DNA of 64,000 bases, from positions 32,001 through 96,000 of the forward strand of contig JBGPIA010000003.1 of the NCBI GenBank assembly GCA_041484665.1, in the 5' to 3' direction. Positions 46,939 through 56,285 of the stretch are shown here, in pieces. A model generated the notes under the pieces. It was not told the origin of the DNA. It saw nothing but the letters and a program-made list of their open reading frames with translations, and ran no database searches. The stretch is from Candidatus Krumholzibacteriia bacterium. GTDB taxonomy: Bacteria; Krumholzibacteriota; Krumholzibacteriia; JAJRXK01. How positions within the stretch are numbered: position 1 is the stretch's first letter; every line of letters begins with the position of its first letter. The position numbers and the translations under genes were made by a program.

Positions 46939-49647
46939 TTACCGGACGACGACAAACCTTCCAACCACCCGGTCGAACTTGGGATCGTCCGACTGCACCG
47001 AGTACAGATAGATCCCGCTGACGATCTCCTGGCCGTTGCGCGAGACCAGATTCCACGGCAGCGACCCGTCGCCGCCGGTCCCGTCGTGCGCGAGCTCGAT
47101 GACCAGGTCGCCCGCCAGGGTGAAGATCCGCACCGTGCTCTGGGCGCGCGGCAGATTGCGGAACTCGACGCGCACACCGGTCGGATCGCTCGCATTGGGA
47201 TTGAGCTCGCTGAAATCGGCCAGCGTCGACCGCGTGGCCGGATTGGGCACGAGGTAGACGTTCGCGCCATACTTCGCGCGCTCCTCGGCGGTCTGGGCCT
47301 GCGACTTCGGGACCGAGAACTTGAAGTTGCTCGCGGGGTCACCCGAGAGCCCCGGCCCGATGGGAACCAGAGTGGCGCCGACCGGATCGGCGGTGAAGTC
47401 GGTGGCCGTGACCGAGTGGAAGTAGAAGATCCCGTTGTGCACGTCGCGATCGATGAACTCGTAGAACGCCACGCCCTTCTTGTTCCAGAACAACGTGTCG
47501 AGCTGCGTGTAGCAGCACGACCACTGCGCCAGCGCCGGGTAGAGCTTTCCGTAGTCGGACACGTGACCGAGGTCGTCGAGATATCGCACTTTGATGTTCT
47601 GCAGCGGGCCGAGCCCTGGGTTCTCCGCCACGATCTGGGTGACCAACGCATCCAATTCGGCGTACTGCTGCTGCTCGGGCGAGCCGGGCCGCAGCACCCA
47701 GGGGACGTAGTGGATCGGGTCGAGGCCCGTGTTGGGGCCCAGCGGCAGCTTCTGGACGAACAGCAGGCCGCTGGGCAGGATCCGCCGCAGCTCGAATGAA
47801 TCCACCTTGTCGTACTCGCCGATCAAGCGCCACAGGCGCGACTCGGGTCCGTTGGCGACCGAGGACCCGAAGGGTCGGTTCCAGCCGTCCGCGCGCCAGA
47901 TGCGGTAGGACTCGAAGTCGATCTTCTGCAAGCGCAGGTCCTTGGTCGTCTCGCTGATGTTGTTCCAGAAGAGATGGACCCGGTCGGCGGTCTCCCACAG
48001 GCGCAGATCCGGAGCGGGCGGCGCAAGGCCCACCAGCCAGGCCACGTTGAACTCCTTGCCCAGCACGCCCGTGCATCCGGCCAGAACGCCCTCGTCGACC
48101 CCTGTCCCGTCGAGCGTGCACTGCAGGGCGTTGCGCGCCTTCTCGAAGGGGCAATCGCCATTGATGTAGATGCAGCCGTCTGCGTCCAGGTCCCCCGGCT
48201 TGATGGGGACCGGCGGGGTGGGGCCGCTGAAGTCCATGCTGTCGACGCAGTCCTGGAACAGGCTGAAGATCGGATTGGTGGGGCCCGGCGGCCCGAAGGT
48301 GGACTGGCAGATCTTCGTCTCGCGGCCCTTGACCCCGGTGTTCGAATTGGCGTCGCGGTCGAAGTAGGCGCCGTAATAGGTCAGGGCAGCCTCGGCGGCG
48401 TTGCGCTGCAGGCCATCCAGCCCTGGGCCGACCACCATGGCCATCTGGAAGACCAGCGTGGCTCCCGGGTCGATGGGGGTGAACGGCCCGGAAGACATCA
48501 TGATGCGGAAGTCGGCCGCCTTGCCGGCGTCGGTGGGGAACTGGTCGAATTCCTTGCGCGAGAGCAGCTCATATGCCTCGGCATCGTTGGTAGGATCACC
48601 GCCGCGGTCGAACGGCTGTTGGCCGCTGAATTGCTGGAAGCTGGTGATCCCGACGCTCTTGGGCGCGTGCTCGCCCAGGGGATCGGTGGGGTGGTTCAGG
48701 AACAAGAGGCCGATGTAGCCCATCGATTGGCCATTGTCACCGTCGGCGTCGTACATGTACGCCACCGAGATCGGGACCAGGCTGCCGTCCTTGGCCAGCA
48801 CTCCTCCCCGCCAGAAGCCCGGCAGATCATCGTCCGAGATGCCCGCCGTCCCGCGCGGGCCGATGTCGCAGTCGGCGAACAGGCCGACGTAGACGTCGCT
48901 CAGCGGGTTGACGCCGATGTTGGAGAGGGTGAACTGGAAGCCAACGAAGTCGTCGACCGCGTCGTTCTCCCACTGGTAGCTCTCCTGGACGATCTGGATG
49001 TCCAAGGGCTGGTGGTCGGGGCGCAGCTCGATGATCAGCGCGGTATTGTCGCGCATCGCGCAGCGGAACTCCTGGTTGCCGATCGCGGCGAAGTCCTCGT
49101 CGATCTTTCCGTCGCCGTCGTCGTCCACACCGTTCTTGGGATCCTCGTTGACCAGACCGTCGCCGTCGTCGTCCTCGCCGTTGTCCGGGTAGTGCTTCCC
49201 CCCGGGCTCACCCTGGTGGGACTCGTAGATGGTGTCCAGCGGATCGTCGCCGTTGGCGACCAGCTCGGTTCTGTACTGCCCCTCGGTGACGGCGGGGATC
49301 CCGTTTTTCAGCGCGCCGATCCACAGCCCCGCGGCCCACAGGTAGTCCACGCCGCTGCCGGCAGGCCACATGGCGGAGGGAGCGTCGCTGTAGGGCGCCT
49401 GGAGGCTCGGCCGCGATCCGATCAAGCCCCAATTGGTGATATTGAGCTGCAGCTCGCCGACGTTGTGGACGAACTCGCCCTTCAGGGCGAAGATGCCGCG
49501 GCCAGCGGTCTGCAGGGGATCGATGTTGTCCGGGCCGTGGTAGGCGCCCCGCGCGGAGCGCATGGCCACGCAGGGCAACAGCGCGAGCACGATCAGGGCG
49601 AACGCGGGGCGCAGGCCTCGTGACGTTGCGGCTCTCTTGGGTCTCAT
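46939..49647 (-). CDS. large secreted protein with T9SS type-A CTD-like C-terminal domain
   Basis: Signal peptide; C-terminus VYLVPNP...F.NLP....VRIFTLAGDLV...WNL....Q...SGIYLY.V...GRFVVVR; DxDxDG repeats. Confidence 0.75.
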   Translation of the reverse strand: MRPKRAATSRGLRPAFALIVLALLPCVAMRSARGAYHGPDNIDPLQTAGRGIFALKGEFVHNVGELQLNITNWGLIGSRPSLQAPYSDAPSAMWPAGSGVDYLWAAGLWIGALKNGIPAVTEGQYRTELVANGDDPLDTIYESHQGEPGGKHYPDNGEDDDGDGLVNEDPKNGVDDDGDGKIDEDFAAIGNQEFRCAMRDNTALIIELRPDHQPLDIQIVQESYQWENDAVDDFVGFQFTLSNIGVNPLSDVYVGLFADCDIGPRGTAGISDDDLPGFWRGGVLAKDGSLVPISVAYMYDADGDNGQSMGYIGLLFLNHPTDPLGEHAPKSVGITSFQQFSGQQPFDRGGDPTNDAEAYELLSRKEFDQFPTDAGKAADFRIMMSSGPFTPIDPGATLVFQMAMVVGPGLDGLQRNAAEAALTYYGAYFDRDANSNTGVKGRETKICQSTFGPPGPTNPIFSLFQDCVDSMDFSGPTPPVPIKPGDLDADGCIYINGDCPFEKARNALQCTLDGTGVDEGVLAGCTGVLGKEFNVAWLVGLAPPAPDLRLWETADRVHLFWNNISETTKDLRLQKIDFESYRIWRADGWNRPFGSSVANGPESRLWRLIGEYDKVDSFELRRILPSGLLFVQKLPLGPNTGLDPIHYVPWVLRPGSPEQQQYAELDALVTQIVAENPGLGPLQNIKVRYLDDLGHVSDYGKLYPALAQWSCCYTQLDTLFWNKKGVAFYEFIDRDVHNGIFYFHSVTATDFTADPVGATLVPIGPGLSGDPASNFKFSVPKSQAQTAEERAKYGANVYLVPNPATRSTLADFSELNPNASDPTGVRVEFRNLPRAQSTVRIFTLAGDLVIELAHDGTGGDGSLPWNLVSRNGQEIVSGIYLYSVQSDDPKFDRVVGRFVVVR

Positions 49648-49682
49648 AGCTTCTGCCAACCTCCTGCCGCTGCGGCTGGGGA

Positions 49683-52600
49683 TCAGAATTGCCAGCCGAC
49701 GCCGATCCGGAACAGTCGGTGCTGGTCGAAGACGCGCGGGTCGTTGACCGGAGTGAAGTCGTCGATCTGGTCGCCGTCGACGTCCTGCAGGTACGCGCCG
49801 CCGTACTTGCCGGTCTCGGTCAAATAGCTCGTGTAGGCCGGAGTCCCGTCGATCGTGCCCGGGAAGATCGCCGGGGCGATGTTCACGACCACGTCCTGGT
49901 TGATCAGGTTGAACCCCTGCAGGTACAGCGTCAGCTTCTGCCCGTAGACGTTCACGTGGCGCTCGGCCTGTAGGTCGAGGCTGTACTCCGAGGGCAGCCG
50001 TCTACTGTTCTCCAGGAGTGGGTCCTGGCGCTTCTCGAACCGGAAGTTCGGCGTCCACGGGAAGCCCGCGCCGTAGGAGAAGAGCAGGCTCGCCGCCCAC
50101 TGGTCGGGCTCGGCCAGGCGCAATGACATGTTCAGGCTGTGGCGCCGGTCCCAGTCCAACGGCAGCTCCTGGTTGGGAAGGAACTGGAGCCCGTCCGGGT
50201 TCGACCCAAACTCCTGGCTGCTGGCCACGCCATCGGCGAATGAATAGGTGTACGTCACGTCGAAACCCCAGCGGTCGGCGAAGCGCCGCTCGAGGGTGAA
50301 CTCGATGCCGCGGGCGTTGGCGTAGGCCTTGTTGATGTAGCGTGCCAACGTGTTGCCGGTGGTCTGATCGGTGACCTGCGTAGCGGCAATCAGGCCGTAG
50401 ATGTCCTTGTTGTAGATCGCCACCTGGCCTGCGACGTAGTCGGAGAACTGGTGCTTCACGCCGGCCTGGTAGCTGATGGTCAGCTCCGACTCCAGGTTGG
50501 GGTTGCCGAGCGTGCCCAGGTTTCCGATGGGGTCCTGGCTCGCGAACAGCACGCTGCGGTCTGGGAACTGGATGAAGCGCCCGTAGTGGAAGTGGAACCC
50601 ATCACGGTCGGTGATCGGGAAGGCGAACCCGAGCCTGGGACTGAACTGGCTCTTGAACCGCGCGACGTTGCGATTCACGTCCTCGTTGTCGACCGTAATC
50701 TTCGCGGCTGAGCCCGGGCTGAACAGGTCCCAGCGGAATCCGCCGCTGATCACCATCCCCTCGTACTCCCAGCGGTCCTGCATGTAGAAGGAGGCTTCTG
50801 GATTGTAGGTGTGGAAGATGTTACGGTTGCCGCCCTGCGACCACTCCCCGCTGAAACGGTTTTGGCGCTCGATCGCCGGGTTGAACAGGGAGATCTGCTG
50901 CAGGTCGTTGTAGGTGGTCTGCACTCCGGCCTTGAGCTTGTGCCCCGAGTACCGCGAGCTGGTGACGTCGAAGCGCATGCTCCACTGCAGCGAGTTCGCG
51001 TCGTTGTAGATCGGGTAATCGCTGGTGGTGACGAACAGCGGGTGCTGCGGGTCGGAGTAGTAGTCGCTGCCGGCCAGGTACTGGGGGACGGTCCCCTGGA
51101 ATAAGCTCGGGCTGGGCACACCGCCCTGGTTGAACTGATACGGTTGCAGGAAGTCCAGCACGCTGCCCTTGTTCAGGAACTGGAGCCGAGCGAGCTTGAG
51201 CGTGTAGAAGGTTTCCTCGTCCAGGGCATGACGCAGAACCAGCTTGGCCTGGTTGCTCACGTTGCGCACCTGGGGTCCGTTGTTGGCGGAGTTGAAGGGC
51301 ACGTAGGCGCTGTCGGCCTTGACCGTGCTGTAGCCCGGCCGCTCCTTGGAGCCCAGCGGGTTCTTCGCGCCCTGGAACACGGGCTGCGCGGCCACCAGCA
51401 CGCGACTGCCCGAGACGTTGCGCACCTCCAAGATCGGCACCGCGTGGCGCTCGTTGAACTCGTCGGTGACGATCACCGGATACGCCATCTGCTGCATACG
51501 ATCGACCCAAGGGCCGTAATCCACGCGCTGGAAACGCCCGGTGAAGCGGTAGCCGCTGGAGGTCTGTTCGATCTCGGGCAGGATGACGAGCTCGCGCCGG
51601 AACCCCTGGACGTCCCAGTTGGGCGCGAAGACCTCGCTGCGCGTATAGTTCAGCGTGTACTCGGCGGTGAGCTTCAGTCGCTCGCTGAAAGTGTACGCCA
51701 TCTTACCGGAAGCGCGGACGTCATTGAACTGGCGGCGGCGGAACTTGAAGAGATCGATCCCGAACAACTGCACCTTGTGCTCGACCCGGTAGGCGCGGTT
51801 GTAGTTCTCCTGGTCGCTGAAGCGAAGCTGGCCGCTGAGGAAGTAGGTCAGCTTCTTGTTGGGCGTCGGGCCGCCGAAGCCGAACTCGAACTGGTCGAAG
51901 TTGGTGTAGGTGCGGTCCTGGCGGCCGAAGTCGTCGGTCACGAACTCCGCTCCGCCCTCGAACTTATCGCCGCCCTCCTTGGTCGTGATGTCGACGACGC
52001 CCGACAGGGCGTTGCCGTATTCGGGATCCTGCCCTCCGGTGACGGTGTTGATGTTGGCCACGGCGAAGGTCCCCACCGAGACGTTGCCGCCGCCGATGGG
52101 GTCATCGACCGCGACGCCATCGATGCGGAACGAGACCTCGCCGGAGCGCCCGCCGCGCACGTGGAGCTCGCCCGCCCGCGACACGACTCCGGCCTGCCGC
52201 GCCACCGCCTCCTCCACCGTGTCGATGGCGTAGTCGGTCAGATCCTCGGACTTGATGGTCTGGCTGAACTCGGTGTCCTTGACTGCAACCATCACGGCCT
52301 GCCCCTCGACCACGAACTCCTCGAACGTCTTCACGATGGTGACTTCGAGGTTGAAGGCGAGCTCGAGGGATTTGCCGGTCTCGACCGTGATCTCCTGCTC
52401 CACGGGCTTGTAGCCCAGGTAGAGGATCTTCAGGACGTACTTGCCGGCGGGCAGGCTGCGCAGGAAGAATCGGCCCCCGCCCAGCGACATGACGCCCCAC
52501 TGGGCGCCGTCGCTGACCGCGCGCACCACGACGTTGGCGTAGTCGAGAGGCTCCTGCGTCTCACCGTTGCGGATGGTGCCGGTGACGTCCCCGACCTGGG

Positions 52601-52712
52601 CGCGCGCGGACGGCGCCGCAACGGCCAGCAGGGCGAGGGCGAGCAACGCCAGCAGCGGACTGGCCAGCAGCGGGTGGAGAGCAACGCGTCGGGCGTGACC
52701 GCTCGGTGCCAT
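49683..52712 (-). CDS. TonB-dependent receptor with N-terminal carboxypeptidase-regulatory-like domain
   Basis: G.I...ET.EPL..ANV, LP.GKY.L....LGY, plug HVRGGR..EV..IDG, EYGNALSGVV.ITTK, SPRLG..FP, GNPNL..E, C-terminal GWQF; RBS AAGGAG. Confidence 0.92.
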   Translation of the reverse strand: MAPSGHARRVALHPLLASPLLALLALALLAVAAPSARAQVGDVTGTIRNGETQEPLDYANVVVRAVSDGAQWGVMSLGGGRFFLRSLPAGKYVLKILYLGYKPVEQEITVETGKSLELAFNLEVTIVKTFEEFVVEGQAVMVAVKDTEFSQTIKSEDLTDYAIDTVEEAVARQAGVVSRAGELHVRGGRSGEVSFRIDGVAVDDPIGGGNVSVGTFAVANINTVTGGQDPEYGNALSGVVDITTKEGGDKFEGGAEFVTDDFGRQDRTYTNFDQFEFGFGGPTPNKKLTYFLSGQLRFSDQENYNRAYRVEHKVQLFGIDLFKFRRRQFNDVRASGKMAYTFSERLKLTAEYTLNYTRSEVFAPNWDVQGFRRELVILPEIEQTSSGYRFTGRFQRVDYGPWVDRMQQMAYPVIVTDEFNERHAVPILEVRNVSGSRVLVAAQPVFQGAKNPLGSKERPGYSTVKADSAYVPFNSANNGPQVRNVSNQAKLVLRHALDEETFYTLKLARLQFLNKGSVLDFLQPYQFNQGGVPSPSLFQGTVPQYLAGSDYYSDPQHPLFVTTSDYPIYNDANSLQWSMRFDVTSSRYSGHKLKAGVQTTYNDLQQISLFNPAIERQNRFSGEWSQGGNRNIFHTYNPEASFYMQDRWEYEGMVISGGFRWDLFSPGSAAKITVDNEDVNRNVARFKSQFSPRLGFAFPITDRDGFHFHYGRFIQFPDRSVLFASQDPIGNLGTLGNPNLESELTISYQAGVKHQFSDYVAGQVAIYNKDIYGLIAATQVTDQTTGNTLARYINKAYANARGIEFTLERRFADRWGFDVTYTYSFADGVASSQEFGSNPDGLQFLPNQELPLDWDRRHSLNMSLRLAEPDQWAASLLFSYGAGFPWTPNFRFEKRQDPLLENSRRLPSEYSLDLQAERHVNVYGQKLTLYLQGFNLINQDVVVNIAPAIFPGTIDGTPAYTSYLTETGKYGGAYLQDVDGDQIDDFTPVNDPRVFDQHRLFRIGVGWQF

Positions 52713-52941
52713 TGCAGATCTCCTTCGATGATCCTTGGTGGGCACGGGTCTGGTCCTCGCGGCGAGGGCTGCGCATCACGGACACGGACGGGTGGCTCGC
52801 ACCTGCAACTGCCGCGGGCCAGCCACGCACAAAACGGACCGTCGTGGGGCGGACTGAGTGGGGGGCCTGGCGCAAGGCGGGGCGGAGTCCACATCGCGCA
52901 AGGGGTATTCAAATCACACGGTTAACCGGACATCCGCGGCA

Positions 52942-52970
52942 AATATACGGGGCGGGTCGGTTCCTGTCAA
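52942..52970 (-). promoter_or_regulatory. near-consensus promoter of the receptor operon
   Basis: TTGACA-17 bp-TATATT. Confidence 0.7.
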
Positions 52971-52996
52971 CGGGGGATCACGGGGCTTGGTCGTGG

Positions 52997-54118
52997 CTAA
53001 CTTCTTTTTGTCCAATGAGCTGGCGGTTCGACCGCGTTCGCGGGCACGCAACCGGAGTAGAGCAGGCAGCGCGCGCGCTGCCCGGGCGCGACCTCGGCCA
53101 GGACGGGTGAGAGGCGCGCGCACTCGGGCATCGCCTGCGGGCAGCGCGGGTGGAAGGCGCAACCGGACGGCGGAGCGGTGGGGCTGGGAGGATCGGTGGC
53201 GAGCGCTTGGGGGACGCTCGCGGCGCGCGAGAGGCTGGGTACCGCGCTGAGCAGCGCCTGCGTGTAGGGATGTTTCGGCTCCGCGATCACGGTTGCCGCC
53301 GACCCCTCCTCCACGATGCGCCCCAGGTACATGACCGCGATGCGGTCGGCGACATGCTCGACCACGGCGAGATCGTGGGCAATGAACAGCAGACTCAGCC
53401 CCAACTCCGACCGGAGGTCGGCCAACAGGTTGAGCACTTGCGCCTGAACGCTGACGTCCAGCGCCGACACGGGCTCGTCGGCGACGACGAAACGGGGCGC
53501 CAGCGCCAGCGCGCGCGCGATGCCGATGCGCTGGCGCTGCCCACCGCTGAACTCGTGCGGATAGCGCCCGGCGTGCTCGGGGCCCAGCCCGACGCGCTCC
53601 AGCAGCGCCAGCGCGCGCGCGCGGCGCTCCGTGCGATCGTGCATCCCGTGGACCCGCAATGGCTCCTCGAGGGCCTCGCCAGCGGTCATGCGCGGGTTCA
53701 GGCTGCCGTAGGGATCCTGGAAAATGATTTGCATACCGCGCCGCAGCCGCCGCAGCGGCTCGCCGGACAGCCTCAGCAGATCCTCGCCCAGCAGCTCGAT
53801 GCTCCCTGCGGTGGGCTCGATCAGCCGCAGGATACAGCGGCCCAGGGTCGTCTTTCCGCACCCGGACTCTCCCACCAGACCGAGCGTCTCCCCTTCCTGG
53901 ATCTCCAGATCCACGCCGTCGACTGCGCGCACCACGCCGCCCGGCCGGCCACGCCACCCGCCCCGCAACGGGAAGTGCTTCACGAGCCCGCGCACGCGCA
54001 GGATCGGGCCCGGCGTGGGCTGCCGCTGGGGCAGGAGCGGGCCATCGGATGCCGCGCGGCGCTGCGCTGCCCGCGGGCTCGGCGGTCCGGACGAAGGCTC
54101 AGGCGAGCGCACGCTCAA
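52997..54118 (-). CDS. oppF: oligopeptide/dipeptide ABC ATPase (OppF/DppF)
   Basis: [51 protein letters not shown]. Confidence 0.92.
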   Translation of the reverse strand: MSVRSPEPSSGPPSPRAAQRRAASDGPLLPQRQPTPGPILRVRGLVKHFPLRGGWRGRPGGVVRAVDGVDLEIQEGETLGLVGESGCGKTTLGRCILRLIEPTAGSIELLGEDLLRLSGEPLRRLRRGMQIIFQDPYGSLNPRMTAGEALEEPLRVHGMHDRTERRARALALLERVGLGPEHAGRYPHEFSGGQRQRIGIARALALAPRFVVADEPVSALDVSVQAQVLNLLADLRSELGLSLLFIAHDLAVVEHVADRIAVMYLGRIVEEGSAATVIAEPKHPYTQALLSAVPSLSRAASVPQALATDPPSPTAPPSGCAFHPRCPQAMPECARLSPVLAEVAPGQRARCLLYSGCVPANAVEPPAHWTKRS

Positions 54119-55193
54119 CGGGCCACCTCCCTTCCGCGAGGACGCGCGACGCCTCCCAGCACGCCACGTGGTGCCCGGCCGGCTCGCCACCTGGAACCGG
54201 CGCCAGCGGAGGGTCCTGCGCATGACAGCGCGGCGTGGCGAACGGGCAGCGCCCCGCGAAGCGGCAGCCCGAAGGCATCGCCCACGCCTGGGGCACAGTG
54301 CCGCCGATGGCTGGCAGCCGTGGCCGGCGCCGCCCCAACTGCGGGCGGCACGACAACAGGCCCAGGGTGTACGGGTGCGCGGGCCTGGCCAGCAGGCGCG
54401 CGGCGGGAGCCTGCTCGACGATACGGCCCGCGTACATCACGAGCACGTCGTCGGCGCTCTGGGCGATCACGGCCAGGTCGTGGGTGATGTGCAACATCGC
54501 CATGCCCAGCGAACGGCGGAGGTCGTCGAGGACCCGCAAGATCTGCGCCTGGATGGTCACGTCCAGTGCGGTGGTCGGCTCGTCGGCGATGAGCAACGCC
54601 GGAGAGCACGCGATCGCCATCGCGATCATCACCCGCTGACGCATGCCGCCGGAGAGCTGGTGCGGATATTCGCGAGCGCGGCGGGCCGCGTCGGGGATCT
54701 GGACGGTGCGTAGCAGCTCCAACGTGTGCTCCCGCGCCGCCGCGCGGCGCTCGCCGCGGTGCTCGCGCAGGACCTCCGCGATCTGCTCGCCGCAGGGATA
54801 CACCGGGTTGAGACTCGTGGCCGGCTCCTGGAAGATCATGGCGATCCGGTCGCCGCGCACGCGGCGCATCTGCGCCTGCGACAGCCCCAGCAGATCGCGT
54901 CCCTCCAGCAGCAGCTCGCCGCCGACGATCCGCACGGGCGGGTCCGGGACGAGCCGCAACAGCGCCAGCGCGGTGAGGCTCTTTCCGCAGCCCGACTCCC
55001 CCACCAGCCCAAGCACGCGGCCCCGCTCCAGCGTGAAGCTCACGCCGTCGACGGGATGACCCACACCAAGCTCGGTGCTCAGGCGCAGACGCAGCCCCCG
55101 AACCTGCAGCAGGGGAGTGTCCCCCGCGGCAGCTGCGCCCGTCGCACGGGTCGAGACGGTGGCGGCGGTCGCGCGGGTCGGTAGCTCGCTCAT
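54099..55193 (-). CDS. oppD: oligopeptide/dipeptide ABC ATPase (OppD/DppD)
   Basis: [42 protein letters not shown]. Confidence 0.92.
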   Translation of the reverse strand: MSELPTRATAATVSTRATGAAAAGDTPLLQVRGLRLRLSTELGVGHPVDGVSFTLERGRVLGLVGESGCGKSLTALALLRLVPDPPVRIVGGELLLEGRDLLGLSQAQMRRVRGDRIAMIFQEPATSLNPVYPCGEQIAEVLREHRGERRAAAREHTLELLRTVQIPDAARRAREYPHQLSGGMRQRVMIAMAIACSPALLIADEPTTALDVTIQAQILRVLDDLRRSLGMAMLHITHDLAVIAQSADDVLVMYAGRIVEQAPAARLLARPAHPYTLGLLSCRPQLGRRRPRLPAIGGTVPQAWAMPSGCRFAGRCPFATPRCHAQDPPLAPVPGGEPAGHHVACWEASRVLAEGRWPVERALA

Positions 55194-56281
55194 GGCTGGC
55201 CTCGCGTGGCGGGTTGCGGCGCCTGCGGGACGGGACCGCCGCTCACGGGCGCCGCATCACCGCCCTCGACCGCGCGCTCCCGCAGGAGCCTCAGGCGCGG
55301 ATCGTACGCGTCGCGCAACCCGTCCCCAAGCAGGTTGTACGCGATCACCGTGATCATGATGGCCAGCCCCGGGAAGGTCGAGACCCACCAATGCGTGAGC
55401 GGAGTGGTCCGCCCGCCGCGGATGAGCATCCCCCAGCTCACCGCGGGATCCTGGACCCCCAGCCCCAGAAAGCTCAGGAACGACTCGACCAGTATGGTGC
55501 TGCCGATCCGCAGCGCCGCCGCCGGAATCACCGGCGCGCTCGCCATGGGGAGGATGTGGCGCAGCAGGATGCGCGCCCCGGGCACCCCCAGTGCCCGCGC
55601 GGCCTCCACGTGGTCCAGTCCTCGCGTGGCCAACACGCCTCCACGCACCAGGCGCGCCACGCCCATCCACCCGGTGGTGCCCAGCACCAGCACGATCAGC
55701 GGCACCGTCGGCGACATCACCGCCACGATGGCGAGGATGAGGAACAGGCGGGGAAACGCCAGCAGCAGGTCGGTGGCGCGCATCAACAGGCCATCGACCA
55801 TGCCGCCGGCGTAGCCGGCCGTGGCGCCGACCAGCACTCCCAGCACCACGTTGCAGAGCACGCTGGCCAGGGCGATGGCCAGCGAGACGCGCGCGCCGTA
55901 CACCACACGGCTGTAGAGATCGCGTCCCAGCCCATCGGTCCCCATCCAGTGGGCGGGAGACGGGGACAGGTAACGCGCTCCCAGCAGATCCTGCGCGGCG
56001 GGCGGATGCGTCGCGAGCAAGGGCGCCAGCAGCGCCACCAGGTGCAGCCCCAACACCAGGTAGAGGCCGACTCGCGCGAACGGATCGCGCACGCGCCGGC
56101 AAAGCAGCGCAAGCCCTCCGGCGCGCCGCAGCTGCCACCACAGCGCCGGGCAGGCCAGGGCGGTCCAGGCGGCGATGGCGCCATCCAGCCCGCGCTGCCC
56201 GACGAGCCATGGCCATCCCCCCCGCACCAGCAACGGCGCCAGAGGCAGCCAGCCCATCAGGGTGACGAAGGCGCGCTCCAT
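55190..56281 (-). CDS. oppC: peptide ABC permease (OppC/DppC)
   Basis: HWMGTDGLGRD..SR..YGARVSL, EAARALG, RHILP, LSFLGLG, SWG. Confidence 0.92.
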   Translation of the reverse strand: MERAFVTLMGWLPLAPLLVRGGWPWLVGQRGLDGAIAAWTALACPALWWQLRRAGGLALLCRRVRDPFARVGLYLVLGLHLVALLAPLLATHPPAAQDLLGARYLSPSPAHWMGTDGLGRDLYSRVVYGARVSLAIALASVLCNVVLGVLVGATAGYAGGMVDGLLMRATDLLLAFPRLFLILAIVAVMSPTVPLIVLVLGTTGWMGVARLVRGGVLATRGLDHVEAARALGVPGARILLRHILPMASAPVIPAAALRIGSTILVESFLSFLGLGVQDPAVSWGMLIRGGRTTPLTHWWVSTFPGLAIMITVIAYNLLGDGLRDAYDPRLRLLRERAVEGGDAAPVSGGPVPQAPQPATRGQP

Positions 56282-56285
56282 GGCC

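Noticed and set aside
45920..52712. Horizontally acquired island, suggested by visibly lower GC
   Set aside because: Third codon positions remain strongly G/C; the shift fits Asn/Phe/Tyr/Lys-rich proteins (pgk and mreB look similar), and there are no mobility genes or flanking repeats.
52713..52941. Cobalamin or TPP riboswitch, or Fur box, before the TonB-dependent receptor
   Set aside because: B12-box, TPP core and GATAATGAT-type motifs are not present.
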